DNA of 64,000 nucleotides from Hydrolagus colliei. Lineage: Eukaryota. Below the pieces are notes generated by a model that saw only the letters and a program-made list of their open reading frames with translations, did not search any database and was not told the origin of the DNA. The stretch lies in assembly GCA_035084275.1 (NCBI GenBank), contig CM068745.1, positions 11,532,001 to 11,596,000 on the forward strand. The letters run 5' to 3'. Positions within the stretch are counted from its first letter, which is position 1; every line of letters starts with the position of its first letter. A program made the position numbers and the translations under genes. Positions 25,091 through 38,250 of this stretch are shown here, in pieces.

Positions 25091-26654
25091 ATTTCATTTG
25101 GCTCAAAATCTACATTTTTAAATTTTAATATATCTGTTATCCATCAAGAGTATTTCATATCTAATATATCATAGACGTCTTGCTAAATTATTACAATGCA
25201 AGGATTATTACTATTATTATTATCCTGTGTTGTAAGTCTGCTTTTAATCGAGAATTCTATTAAATAATATTCACCACCGAAAAGTAATACTGTTATAAAA
25301 TCAGAAATGTCAACTTGCCAGTAAATCTGAGGTTGTTCCAACATCCCAGATTGATTTGAAGTACAGTCCTGTATAACTGTTGAGTCAAATAATATTGGCT
25401 ACAGTGTACTGTAGGTAGAGCTTGATAGCACAGATTGTCTATGCAGACAGGGCATGGAATTTCCAATGCAGAAATGTGTCCACAAAAATAACTGAGACAA
25501 TTAGGACAAAAAGCTATTAAAAAGCTTTGTGCACAGAAAATATATTACAGATCTGTTCTTTAGTGTATTCAATTATTATAGGTCACTGCTGAAGGGAGAT
25601 TTAGCAGAAATGATCCTCAACAATAAAGTCAAAGAAAAGTATCACAGTAATACTGAATTCTTCCAATGTTATTTTATTGCATGTTTCATCTGCTGTAAAT
25701 TATTACAATGCAAGGAAATAATGGTTTCATTTATACAAGTGATTCAGAATGACAGCTTTCTCCTACATAAAACACAGGTGCTTTTTCGAACAATTCCACA
25801 GCAGTTATGCTGTTTAAGCACTCCTTTAAGGCTGTTATTGCGTGTATCATTTGATAAAGCAAGCCTTCTTTGATCTTGGTGGGGGGAAACACGGGGGCTG
25901 AATATGTAAGCATCGCTGAAAAACACCTGAAGCATTTTGTGACCAATGAGCTTTGCAAATTCAGAGCTAAAAATGAAAGTACTCACATTTCTATACAATA
26001 GCTAAGCCTTTCCATTCTGCTTGTAAGTAATGCTCTTCAATAGGCCAGTACTATGCTTGCATAAGAGACTGCATGAGTTACAGTATTGAGATAGATGTAC
26101 TTGGACATGCATGGCTCGCAGGGCAACTGGGATTCTAACTGTTATTACTGCAATTAACCTACTCTGTTCAAGCGATGCCATCGCTGGCTTGCTGCTCACT
26201 AATTGTGCTGCAAGTGGAGTTTGGTGTTCCACCTCTCAGCTCGACCACTGCTATTTTCTGTTTGGATATTTCTAACTTGCTTTTACCTCAGTCAGAAGTG
26301 TACCTAGGGGTTTATCGAAATATTAGATGCTTCTGCAAGAACAAAGTAATGGACAGCTTTAACGGATAGAGCAAATGGCATCTTTTTTTTAACTCTGAGG
26401 AGCGTTTCTGAAAAAAAACTAAGAGTGGAGGAATACAATAGCATAGGAACAGGAGAAGATAAGGTTGCCACCTCTGAGACGTAAAAAGAAAATGTCCACT
26501 GGCCATCACCAACAGCAAAAAGAGTCTGAGACAACTTGTCACATTGCTAAGAATAGAAATTAGTAAATAAGATTGTTTGTCCAGTTCTTTTAAAACTTGA
26601 TAATACAACTATAGTACTATTTTGTTTAAAAGGGAAGGTAGCAGCAGCAAGCAT

Positions 26655-27015
26655 ACTAATAATAATAATCCTTGCATTTGTTATAGCGCCTCATCACATT
26701 ATTAAGATGTTTCAAAGCACTTCATAAGATATACTGTAAAGTGGAGTGACTGTACATTTTGTGAGCAATATGTGTCAGCCAGTTGTGCACATCAATGTCC
26801 GACAAACAGCTATCAAGTAAGTGATCAGTTTTATTTGGGGGATTGGTCAGGATATCAGGAGAAAGTCCCTTTTCAAATAGTGCCATGGGGCCTTTTACAT
26901 CCCCTCAGCACACAGATAGGATCTTAGTTTAACATTTCATCCAAAGGATGGCGCCTATGACAATGCAACATCCCCTCAGCACTGCAATGGAGTGTCATGT
27001 TAGATTATTTGATTG
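26655..27015 (-). mobile_element. Deu-domain SINE
   Basis: Tail; caaatagtgccatggggccttttacatc; tttaacatttcatccaaaggatggc. Confidence 0.75.
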
Positions 27016-27439
27016 AGTAACAAAATTACTCTTGTAGAGTGCCTTTCACGTCAGGAGGAGGTCCCAAGGCCCTGAAACTCAACTCATGTCAAGTTATAAA
27101 ATATACTTTCTCCTTTACCGTTCCTCCTTAGACGAAAGGGATTCTTTCACATTCTCACAGAATTCATACTGAAATTATTTTATTTCAAACATTAACTTAT
27201 CCTTCATCAGCTTCTCTGAAGACATTCGCCCACCACAAAGCTTGTTGCTTAGCTTGGCTCGGGTGATCTAACCCAACCACATGCCCTCTCCCAGCCTAAC
27301 CCACTCATCCTCTCCTGAGAGCACACTCTCTCTCCCTCTCATACACATATGAATGCATCCCAGTATGATCACTGTTAGAAACAGCAAATTAAATATTTTC
27401 ATTAGCAACCAGCAAGGCAGTATATAAATGGAGCAGGGT

Positions 27440-27915
27440 GGTTAAAAAATGCCTAGATGACAACCCTAGACGTATTTGGCCTGTCAAGTCTATTCCATCA
27501 TTTTCTTAGATTATGACCAATGTGTAACTCAATACAATTATACTATTTACTTGCCTTTGCTCCATACCCCCTGACACCTGTTCAAGCCAAGTATTATCTA
27601 CTTCCCTGTTAAATATTCTCACTGATTCAGCACCACTAACAGTACTATGAGGAAATGAACTCCATTGTTCCACAACTCTCTGAGTAAAGAAACGTCACTC
27701 CTAACAGGTCTAACTCTAATTTTTAGATGATGCCCTTTCGTTCTGGATTCTGCAACCATAGGAAGAGTCTTTATCTATTCTTATCGATTCACTTTGCTAT
27801 TTTAAACAGTTCGATCAGATCACCGCTCAACCTCCTCTACTCAAGGGAGTAACCCCTCCACATTTCTGTCCTCACAATTAAATTGCTTCAAACACCAGGT
27901 ATCATTCTTAGATAG
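27440..27915 (-). mobile_element. Old CR1 3' fragment
   Basis: Reverse complement of CR1 C-terminal motifs (ttccacaactctctgagtaaagaa; gatcagatcaccgctcaacctcctctactcaaggga). Confidence 0.75.
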
Positions 27916-28102
27916 TTGTATCTTCTCCTCCCCACCTTACTGTTAAATAAACATATCAATTTTGTTTTGTAATGACATCAATTCAAGTAAAAAGTGTATT
28001 TTACTAAAATGTGTCTTTTCTTCTCACCCAAAACCTGACTCTGTGTTTGGCCCAGCCTCACCAATAGGACAGTAGCTTTTCAGGAGAACAAACATCTAAC
28101 TT

Positions 28103-29684
28103 CGCTCAAGGTGGTTAAGTCACCTGGTCCGGATGGGATGCACCCTAGGTTACTAAGGGAGGCACGGGAGCAAATAGCAGGGACTCTGGCCACGATCTTT
28201 CAATCTTCCTTGGACACAGGGGTCGTGCCAGAGGACTGGAGGATAGCTAATGTTACTCCCTTGTATAAAAAGGGGCAGAAGGACAAGCTTGGTAACTACA
28301 GACCAGTCAGTCTAACGTCGGTAGTGGGCAAACTTCTAGAGTCCATAATCAGGGACAAGGTAGATCTTCACTTAGAAAGATATAGGCTAATAAAGGACAG
28401 TCAACATGGATTTGTTAAAGGCATATCTTGCCTTACAAATCTGATAGAATTTTTTGATGAGGTAACGGAATGGGTGGATAATGGTAGCGCAGTTGATGTA
28501 GTTTACATGGACTTTCAAAAGGCATTTGACAAAGTGCCACATGAGAGACTTATTAGGAAATTAAAGGCCCATGGCGTAAAAGGGACAGTGGCAGCGTGGA
28601 TACACAACTGGCTGCGAGACAGAAAGCAGAGAGTTGTAGTGAGCGGCTGTTTTTCAGACTGGAGGGAAGTGAGCAGTGGTGTGCCACAGGAATCAGTTTT
28701 GGGACCATTGCTGTTTGTAATCTACATCAATGATCTGGACTTGGGTGTACGGAGTACAGTTTCCAAGTTTGCAGATGACACTAAGTTAGGGAGAATAGTA
28801 AATAGTGAGGAGGATAGTAGCCATCTGCAAGAGGATATAGACAAATTGGTAAAGTGGGCAGACACATGGCAGATGAAGTTTAATGCAGAGAAGTGTGAGG
28901 TGATGCATTTTGGGAGAAGAAATGAAGGGAGGCAATATAGGCTAGATAGTACAATTTTAAATGGTGTGAAGGAACAGAGAGACCTGGGGATTTGTGTTAG
29001 TGACTCGTTGAAGGTGGCAGGACAGGTAGACAAGGCTGTTAAGAAGGCATATGGGATACTAGGCTTTATAAATAGGGGTATAGAGTACAAAAGTCAGGAA
29101 GTGCTGACTAACCTCTATAAGAGGCCTCAGCTGGAATACTGTGTTCAATTCTGGTCACCACACTACAGAAAGGATGTGAAGACATTGGAAAGGGTACAGC
29201 GAAGATTTACTAGGATGGTGCCAGGATTGAGGGACTTCAGCTATGAGGAGAGGCTAGATAGGCTAGGGTTATTCTCTCTGGAGCAGAGAAGATTGAGGGG
29301 AGACCTAATAGAGGTTTATAAGATCATGAGGGGTTTCGACAGGGCAAATAGAGAAAAACTATTTCCGCTCGTGGGCGAATCTGTGACTCGTGGTCACAGA
29401 TTTAAAATAGTTTCAAGGCGAAGTAGAGGGGAGCTGAGGAGAAATTTTTTCACTCAGCGAGTTGTTCGAATCTGGAATGCATTGCCTGAAAAGGTATTGG
29501 AGGCTGATTCGATAACAACTTTTAAAAGGGAATTAGATCTTTATTTAGGGAGAACAGGTCTATTAGGCTATGGGGAGCGGGCAGGGCAGTGGGATTGAAT
29601 CGCTCTTTTCAAAGAGCCGGCACAGACTAGATGGGCTGAATGGCCTCCTTTTGTGCCGTAAAATTCTATGAATCTATGAATCTA
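28103..29684 (+). mobile_element. 5'-truncated CR1 LINE, same family as the 5.9-kb copy
   Basis: High identity to 7330-8840; tail (TCTATGAA)n; TSD TAACTT at 28097-28102 and 29685-29690. Confidence 0.97.
28111..29598 (+). CDS. CR1 ORF2 reverse transcriptase + C-terminal region (open frame, lacks endonuclease and native start)
   Basis: 495-aa ORF: KSPGPDGMHP, NYRPVSLTS, QHGF, DFQKAFDKVPH, VPQESVLGP, KFADDTKL, WQMKFN, RRLRGDLIE, TRGH, FFTQRVV. Confidence 0.9.
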   Translation: MVKSPGPDGMHPRLLREAREQIAGTLATIFQSSLDTGVVPEDWRIANVTPLYKKGQKDKLGNYRPVSLTSVVGKLLESIIRDKVDLHLERYRLIKDSQHGFVKGISCLTNLIEFFDEVTEWVDNGSAVDVVYMDFQKAFDKVPHERLIRKLKAHGVKGTVAAWIHNWLRDRKQRVVVSGCFSDWREVSSGVPQESVLGPLLFVIYINDLDLGVRSTVSKFADDTKLGRIVNSEEDSSHLQEDIDKLVKWADTWQMKFNAEKCEVMHFGRRNEGRQYRLDSTILNGVKEQRDLGICVSDSLKVAGQVDKAVKKAYGILGFINRGIEYKSQEVLTNLYKRPQLEYCVQFWSPHYRKDVKTLERVQRRFTRMVPGLRDFSYEERLDRLGLFSLEQRRLRGDLIEVYKIMRGFDRANREKLFPLVGESVTRGHRFKIVSRRSRGELRRNFFTQRVVRIWNALPEKVLEADSITTFKRELDLYLGRTGLLGYGERAGQWD

Positions 29685-30829
29685 TAACTTATGATCTCAT
29701 GTCACATCAACTTTATTATAGTAGTTTCAAGAGTCAAACATTTTATCCCACACAGCATAAATGATAGTGGGTGTTTAACAAACTCTCAGCAGGATTGTAT
29801 CAGTCAGTGATTAGTGACTGGGGTTTCATTTCAAACTAGCTGCTTTATCAGAAATACACAGATTAACCAAAAATGACTCTCGTACACATATAAACTCCCT
29901 TATTAAAAATCCTTTATACCTCTGCACAAACGTGTAAAATTTGAATGTGAACATAGACTGATATATTAATATGTTGGGAGCGGAAGTCAAATGTTAGCCA
30001 GTAATCATGTAATCAATGCAGAGAACATTGTGACATGCTTCCCACATTAGGAAGTGAGGAATGGCTGTCTGTGGGATATTGCTGCCCACAAATGCACTTG
30101 TCACTACACTTTGTAATGTATCTTGTGAAGCACTTTGAGATAGCTCAACAATATGGTTGGGTGTTATATCAAATGCAAGGATTATTATTATCACATGTTA
30201 GCACTGGCAGTAATAAAGCACTCTTGGTAACTGCCATAAATCTGCATTTCTCATTTGCAATTCATTTCCAGCTGTTATGAATTAGTACACAATGTTAACA
30301 CCAATTAAGACACTTATTAGACAACAGATTTACCTACAATAAACCATTCTGGTCTTAGCTGTGTTTTGGGAGAGGAAATCCACAGATTAACAAGTCAGAT
30401 TTTGATCCTTCCCAATAATACAGCAGCAACAACAACAAAATCACATTTGTATAGTGCCTTTCACGTTGGGGGGATGTCCCGAGGTGCTGGACAGACAGTA
30501 TTTTGAACCCGAGCTGGGGATAGGATTAGATTTACTTCATAAGTAAGCTGTCAGCTGGATTCATCCAATAATAAATAATAAAATATTTTTTAAAATATTA
30601 CCTATGAAACTTGCAACTAAGTGGCACTAATTGTCAATTGAGATGATGAGCTGATTTCCTATTGTGGAGTTTGAGCTACACAAGAATGCTACCTACTGAG
30701 CAAAGCTGACACCTGCTTGGTACTGTAAAGGCGCTACACCAAATCCAAAGATTAAAGTTATTATTATTTTATTTGTGTTATTTTATAGGCAAACAACAGT
30801 TTCACAATCTTCTTCCAGGTACTGCTACT

Positions 30830-31182
30830 AATAATAATAATCATTGCGTTTGATATAGTGCCTTATCAGGTCTTCAAGACATCTCAAAGCATTTCATGGA
30901 CTATATACCACAAAGTGATTTGACTATATTTTGTGGGTGAAATACTGCAGCAAATTGTGCATAGCAGTGTCTCAGAACAGTCATGGTTTGAATGACCAAA
31001 TTTTTTTTATAAGTGATTATTACCCCCAGAAAAGCAATCCACCAATCAACTAACAACCGGGTTCCTACATACTGCTTGGTAAACAGTGGCGTGTATAGCA
31101 AGGATACATGCCCAATGTTTCACCCTGCCAGGGAATCGAACTTGTGAGGCAAGGGCTTTAACCAATGCTCTGCAGAACTCCA
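30830..31182 (-). mobile_element. CORE-like SINE, long form
   Basis: Tail, 3' module, ccgggttcctacatactgcttggtaaacag, head gggaatcgaac. Confidence 0.85.
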
Positions 31183-32999
31183 ATGGTCTACAGTCCATCA
31201 ACCAAGAATTGAACTAGGCCATAAGGTATCTCCTTCCTATAATTGTTGGCTACACATATCCACGTTTTAAAAAATGATGTTTCTGCATTTCCATTGTTCT
31301 TTAGGTTTCTCCTTGCCACACATCCCTATTTGTACATGTGGCGAAGTAACTTGTTCCATCATCAGATCTGACATGTTGCATATGGGAAACGACAGGACGA
31401 TCCACCTTTACATTATGTATCCTTTGCTTCCCCCACTCCAGTCAGTCCAATTGCAATTAAAAACTATGTGCGTGAAAAGATATTACACTTGAAAGTTCAG
31501 GCACCTTCAGGATCAAAGCTGTAAAATATAAAAAATCGGAAAGCTCTTGTGCATTATTTATGTTGTATTTCATGCAGTATCACTTGCACTGTACACCCTT
31601 CAGATGATCTGTAAACGGACACCCAAAGTCACAATCCTGTAGATACATCCATCATTTGACTAATGGTTTCTATATACTGTAGATATTTAAAAAAAACTGT
31701 GTTGGATTAGAATTCAAATGAAGAGAGGTCACAATTCAAAAAACAATGCTGTCATTTTGTGGTTAAGTATTTAATACTGTCTAGTCAGTAATTAAAGCAA
31801 TCCAGATGGTGCTATTTCAAAGGGACAATAAACAGGGAAAGAAAATCAGTATAATTGCCAAAGGGTCAACAAAGTAAGAATGGGAAACCTCACAGCTGAC
31901 GTGCTATTTAATTATTTTAAGTGCAGGCGGGTTGAATCAGCAGTGAAGATATTGATTCAATGCTATAGGTTTTAACGTTTATGCAATTTGGATGGTGGAG
32001 TGGAAATTTGGTGCAGTGATATCAGTTGGTCGCAAGCCAAAAGGCACATGAGGTAAAATTCCACCTCTAGTCTTGATTTACTCTATTCACACAGCACGTG
32101 CACCCACAACACACTTAGTCAATGGCCTTTACCGATATAAAAAGCACTGCTGTTTACAGTATATACTGTATGTTATTATTATTCTTATCCTATGAAGCAC
32201 TGTGTTATCTGCTAGACATGAAACACGGTACTGCATAGTATATCAAATGTAAGAAATGTTATTATTATTTTAGAATGCTCAATATTAGGCAAATTGTTGA
32301 ATTCAGGCTTAACCTTGAAGTCAGTTTTCTGTAGTTCTGACAGGAAAATCAACTACTGTACTTAAGGATTTGCCAAATTCGCTATTTGGCTGTGCGCAAT
32401 TGACTGCCACGTTTCATCCACATACGTACAATCAATTCACTTTATAGTGTATTCTGTGAACACTTTGAGATATCTAGAACAAATGAAAAGTGCTATATTA
32501 AATGCAAGGATTATTATTATTAATATTATTATTTTCTCGAAGGTTACATCAATGGAGCAAATTGGGTCTCAGGTGGAATTTCTACCCCATAGTTCATTCA
32601 TTATTATAATACAGCATTTAGTTCTGTCTGCACTGCACCCAAATCTTTATGCTATTCACCCATATGTTTAGAAGCAGACACACTCAGATAAATCTCTGAA
32701 GAGCAGTCGTATCCTTGCTTCTAAAATGTAATCACATAGATGCTGGCGGTCTTCAATATGCCAGTGGTAATGAGTTGAAGGGTCCCATCTGTGCTATCCA
32801 AGTAAATTGCTTTAAAGCTTTCAGTGGGAAATCAATGAAATTTATGGAGCAGTTTTCACTTTTCAGCAGCAATAATTAACTATGTGCATGAGAACGAGAA
32901 CTGTTCTATAGGACCTGTGTGATTTTGTGCTACTAATACTTGATCACACTCAACACCAAAATGTCACAGAGATTGCATTACAATATGGGCTCACACAAA

Positions 33000-33170
33000 T
33001 AAACAACAACAACAGGAAAATTACATTTGCATAGCGCTTTTCACATCGGGAGGATGTCTCAAGGTGCTGGACAGTCAGTGTTTCAGACCCAAGCTGGGGT
33101 CGGGATCAGGGAGGCTGGAGGAAAGGGATGGGGGGTGACCAATGATGCGGTCAAAGAGTAGGTTTCTTGA
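33000..33170 (-). mobile_element. L2 3' fragment
   Basis: (CAA)n, atagcgcttttcacatcgggaggatgtctcaagg, G-rich UTR, ggtcaaagagtaggtt. Confidence 0.8.
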
Positions 33171-33634
33171 GGCAATAAAGTGAGATCAGTTCAAAACTAT
33201 TTTAACTTCCTTCCTCCCCAGGTCCTAGAATGTGCATAAACAATTTCACGGCACCGCTAGGTGACAGAAAGTGCTACATATTAATGTAGTCAGTATTCAT
33301 TATAGAAGTAGAAATTGTTTGTACACAGTCTAGGCCCTGGAGTGGAAGGAAATTAATATTATTTTGAAGTATGTCTTGAAACACCATTCAGCAATCAACT
33401 TCATAATGAATGCATGTATTGATTTAGTTTTGCTGCTTTTCCAGTCAACAGAAAAAAAGGAGTGGGGAGATGTGGACAAGGCAGGCTTTTTCCTGCATCT
33501 TTCATCATGCAAGCGCACCATTATTACATCCAATTAAATTGAATTAAAAGAGAAGGGGCTCAGATGTGGAAAAAGTCTGATTTCCAAGCTAATTTCCCAC
33601 AGCTAAGGTCCACATGCTTTATTAGCCTGTCAGC

Positions 33635-33818
33635 TTTCTTAGCCTGTCGGCTGCCCCATTAACTCTTCCCCCTCTCCCACTCTCCTTCCCCTTCCCCCTA
33701 CCCCGACCCTCAGCCCCCACCCCCCCACCCCACTCAGATCCTGACCAGACTGTTCAGTGCTTTGGGACGTCCTCCAGATGTGAAAGGCGCGATATAAGTG
33801 CTATTTTGTTGTTGTTGT
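33635..33818 (+). mobile_element. L2 3' UTR and tail
   Basis: C-rich tract, then cagtgctttgggacgtcctccagatgtgaaaggcgc...ttgttgttg. Confidence 0.8.
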
Positions 33819-34044
33819 TAATCAGAGGGACAAAAGGATCCTATTAAAATCAACTCAATTTTGGCAAACCCATTATTGGGAGTACAACATAAGAGGTGAA
33901 GCTGGCACTTTGCTATTTACTGAAGTTCAGCACTAAATATTTTAAATGCCCATCTGGTGCCAATAGTTTTTCCGAGATAATAGTGTTTCACAAAGCATTC
34001 ACAATAGCTCTATCTTTAAATACTCTGGTGATAAAGTAAAACAT

Positions 34045-34745
34045 TGGAGTCTCCCTTCAGTGACATTAAACCGAGATCCTGTCTGCCTAATCAGGTTGAT
34101 GTTAATCCTTGGCACTATTTGAAAAGAGAAGAGAATGTCTACTGGTGTGCTGGTCAACGATCTCTCAAGTAAATCAATTTTACTCCCTATCCCCAAGAGG
34201 ATCGACATCCAGATCCTCACCCTTGTTTTCAAATCCCTCCACTCCTCTGCACCCAACTACCTCTCTGACCTCCTCTCTCCTCAAACCAGCTCCCGTTGCC
34301 TTCGCTCCACTGGGTCTGGTCTCCTCCATGTCCCCTGAATCCTCCGCTGCACCCTTGGCGACCGGGCCTTCAGCTACTATGTCCCGAGGCTCTGGAATTC
34401 CCTTCCTCACTACCTTCACCTCGCCCCCTCTTTTCTCAGTTTCTGGTCCCGGCTGAAGAACTTTCTCTTCGACCATGCCTTTGGTCGCCTTTCTACCCTG
34501 CCCCTGGCTCAGTCCCGGGATCCGCTATTGTGCAGCGCTCTGAGATGCCGTCCGGCATGGAGGGCGCTATATAAATCGAAATTGTTGGTGTTGTTGTTGT
34601 TCATTCATTTCATGGCTGTTTTTGTGGGATTCTGCTGTGCTTAAATTGGTTGCGGCATTTATCCATAGGCACTGCACTTTACAATCAATCTTGTGAAGTG
34701 CATTCCAACCATGTTATAAGGTGCTATATTAAATCAGCGATTAAA
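34045..34745 (+). mobile_element. Deu-SINE with nested L2 3' fragment (~34185-34601)
   Basis: Deu block (gacattaaaccgagatcctgtctgcc) on the left, 3' module on the right; insert encodes LPIPKRIDIQILTLVFKSLHSSAPNYLSDLL (L2 ORF2 C-terminus) plus (TTG)n. Confidence 0.85.
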
Positions 34746-35164
34746 AAAAATATTATTCATTAAGGGAAAATAGAGGGAACTTTTCACTCCACTCCTTCCT
34801 AGCGCAGTTAGAGTCATATCTTAGTTGGACCAACTCCAGATGGGTGCTTTATATGGTTTATTGTTTTAACACTCTGACAGGTAAAATATTTATCAAAGTG
34901 GTGAATGGATTAGCAAGATGTGTTTTAACTTGAGAGAACTGGAATTGATTCCAGCTCAACATAGGGTAAAGTGCCTCTTGCCCCTGTCTCTTATGAATGC
35001 AAACTTCAATCTTGAAACAGTTTCTGGGGAGAGAGCTCACATGTTTAAAAAAAAAGTGACATAAAAGTTGTTAATCCAACTCAGACAGACTAAGATAGAA
35101 CTGATATAGTATGAGTCACCTTCTGCGGCAGGTCTCAGTTAATGAGGCAGCTATAATAAAAATA

Positions 35165-35440
35165 ATAACAATAATAATCCTTGTAGTTGATGTAGTGTTT
35201 TTTCACATCTTCTAGATGTCTCAAAGTGTTTCACAGAATATACTGAAAAACTAATTGACAATATTTGTGGGTGAAACGCGGAAGCCAATTGTGCAGGGCA
35301 GTGTCCCACAAACAGGCATGAATTGAATTGACCAATTTATTATTTTTTTAGAGATTATTACTAGTGCATGTGGAGTAAGGAAGCTTGCCCAAGGTTTTGC
35401 CCTGCCTGGAATTAGAGCCAGATCTCTTAATCGTAAGGCG
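35165..35440 (-). mobile_element. CORE-like SINE, short form
   Basis: Tail, 3' module, gtggagtaaggaagcttgcccaagg. Confidence 0.85.
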
Positions 35441-35486
35441 AGATAAAGTCATATAGCTTGCTATTGAGCTTGCTTGTGCTATAAAA

Positions 35487-35625
35487 TCGTATAGCTTGCT
35501 ATTGAGACCACTGAAAAGCTTTCCACTGCTTATCCAACTAGGATCACCCTATGAATTTAAGGCTTCAGTTTACAGGCTTATTAGGAACTGAGTGGGACAA
35601 ACACTGATCCGCGTGATTGGTCTGC
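35487..35625 (+). repeat. Unidentified interspersed repeat module (copy 2 of 4)
   Basis: atagcttgctattgagaccactgaaaagctttccactgcttatccaactaggatcaccctatgaatttaaggctt...ggcttattaggaactgagtggg. Confidence 0.6.
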
Positions 35626-36239
35626 TTCGCCAAGTCCTGCTAATGAAGCAGACTGGATTACCAAGATCACAATACAGCATTGATTTAATTCTGACATTTT
35701 ATTGCTAAGCACATCAAAACATACCAAGCATGTTTAAGTACATAATATCAAACTGCCTGATTGACCAATGTCCATATCAGGTGAAAGCAAGTTTTCAGAA
35801 TAAAGCTTAGGTCATTTGTTAACTTTATTTTCTGATCTCCAAGTCTGATTTTTGTTTGCGTACATTCACGGAACGTGCCCAGAATAATCATGTTTCAGTT
35901 ACTATGCTGTTTAGGGTCAGTGAACAAGTCCTGTTCAAAGGTGAAGGAATGCATTGCAGACAAGCCCAAAACCTTGGATCCAGGACTGAGTGTTAAAACT
36001 TATCTTTCCTCTCTCTGCCCCACCCCTCAAATATGGTAATTTTCTACACTATCTTCAATTCTAATACTTTTAGATCATCATTAGGACCTGAGCTCATTAT
36101 CTAGACCTACACACCAATGCAGCCCTGGGGGAATGGTGCATTATCAGAGATGCTAAGCTTCTCAGTTATTAAACTGAGACCTGTCTGCCTGATCAGATGG
36201 ACATAAAAGATCTCATGACACGGAGCGAGCAGAGCTGAG

Positions 36240-36762
36240 CCAGGATGGGGGGGGGGGGAGGGGGGGGGTGAATAGACTGACAGAACCTAGTGTGGGAAAG
36301 GACACAATCTGCAGGGTTCTGGATAGTCTGCTGCAACAGTAAGGAAAAATTGGGAAGTCCAGCGAGCAGACAGGTGGTATAGTCTAGCCTGGATGTGATG
36401 AATGTGATGAATGATTAGGGTCTAAATGGCCTGAGGGGAGAGGTAGTGGCGGAGGTGGGCAATATTATGGAAGTGAGGGAGAGTTGAGTGAATTGGAGCA
36501 TGGATGTAAGGTTTGAAGGACAGATGGGAGTTGAACAAGACACAAAGGTTCTGCACTAGCTCTGCGAGGTGGATTGTGTATCCATGCAGACTGAGTTTGC
36601 TGCTGTCAGCCCCCGATGGAACAGATGAACCGTTGACTTGATATTCAACTGGAGGAATTTATGCTCATCCAGCATTTGATGCCTAACAGACGATCGGGCA
36701 GAACACCAGAATCAATGACAGGGGAAGAAACATGAAGTTGAGTGTCATCCATCTACATGTGA
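36240..36762 (-). mobile_element. Degenerate L2 RT/thumb fragment
   Basis: Reverse complement at 36732-36760 reads HM*MDDTQL (YADDTQL-like); followed by WMSINSSS-type (WM..NFLQLN) remnant. Confidence 0.7.
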
Positions 36763-37010
36763 AGTCCTATAGCTCAGTGGTTAGAGCATTCGCCTCGCAA
36801 GTGAAAGAACTGGGTTCAATTCCCGGCAGGTCAAAAGTTGGGGGAAGTTTCTTTACTGCACACAGTTCTGGTTACCTAGCAGTAAGCTGGTACCCAGTTG
36901 TTAGTCAATTGGCTGATCGCTTTTCCAGAGATAATAATTCCTTCAAAAAAAATCTGATCACTCAATCGACAAGTGTTTGTGGGCCCCAACTGTGTGCAAT
37001 TAGCAGTTGA
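36761..37010 (+). mobile_element. CORE-like SINE, long form, 3'-truncated
   Basis: gaagtcctatagctcagtggttagagcattcgcc...gggttcaattccc. Confidence 0.85.
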
Positions 37011-37920
37011 ATGTTTGCAGGACCTTGTTGGCTTTTGGACATGATAAGCCAACATAAATAATGGTAGTTGTTTCCTGAAAGCCAAGAAAACATTTGTAAT
37101 TTCACATTTTAAGCGACAATCAAGTTGTGGCCAAACTTAGAACCTTTGTCAAACTAAGTTACTCAACAGTTAATGTAAAGGAAAATCTAGCTTGTCTCTA
37201 GACAAACACATCTTCCATGACCAGACAATTAGATCTTCAAGGGATACTCAACCTTCAAGATTGCCAAATTATGTTTGATTATTATAATCTCTTGATTTTC
37301 TGATGATTCCGTTAACTGAATTATGCAATTACATAAATGTCACGTGCACTTAGTGCTGCTATCCTCTCCCATTGATCAGGTAAAAGGTTTGTGAGAGGTT
37401 TGTGTCCAAACCGATAATCCTTAGAGTTAGGTGAAGCGTTTTGAGATATCTTAAAGACGTGCAATATTAAATGCAAACCTGATTATTATTGTTGTTATTA
37501 TTATTATAAGTGAGGGATGTCAGAGCTGACTTTTGCCCAAAAGTTTAACTGCTCCCTGTTGATAAAGGCAGCAGGACCCTGAGGTGAGGAAGCCCTGGTG
37601 TGTCCACTCTGGTGCAATGTGAGGAGATGGGGCCCTGCCACGTGAGGACAGGACCATGAGGTTTGAAAGAATTGGATTTTTCTTTTTTCTGTTTTTCATG
37701 AGGCATGTATCAATATATTTTTATACTAATAAATGTAATTTTTATTTAATAAATGTAATTTAACCTCCCCATGCAGCTCTGGCTTAGACCAGTAGAGTAG
37801 AACATACAGCAACTTGTCCTGTTTATACATTTATTTAGTGATAATTAAATTGTTAAAAAGAATAGTGGGAAGCTGGACTTTTCAAAAGAAGTTAGACTTG
37901 CCGTGAGCTAATAAAACAGG

Positions 37921-38250
37921 TGGAGTTCTGCATGCCCCTCACCAGTGACAGACCTGGGTTCAATTCCCAACAGGCAAGTTTCCTTATGCCATTACTGTTT
38001 ACCCAGCAATATGTAGGGACCCGGTTGTTAGCTGATTGGTGGATCGCTCTTTCAGGAGCAATAATTCCTCCAAAACAAATATTGCTCACGCAATCCACGA
38101 CTGTTTGTGGAACATTGCTGTGTGCAGTTGACCGCCAAATATCACCCACAAAATATACAGTCAATTCACTTATACAGTATACTCTGTGAAGCCCTTTCAG
38201 AAGTCTCGAAGATGTGATAAGCTGCAATGTCAAATGCAAGGATTATCATT
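37921..38250 (+). mobile_element. CORE-like SINE, long form
   Basis: gggttcaattccc, ctgtttacccagcaatatgtagggacccgg, 3' module and tail. Confidence 0.85.

Noticed and set aside
25529-26608. Cluster of overlapping 60-114 aa ORFs
   Set aside because: Low-complexity Leu/Phe/Ser-rich translations on both strands, as expected by chance in AT-rich DNA.
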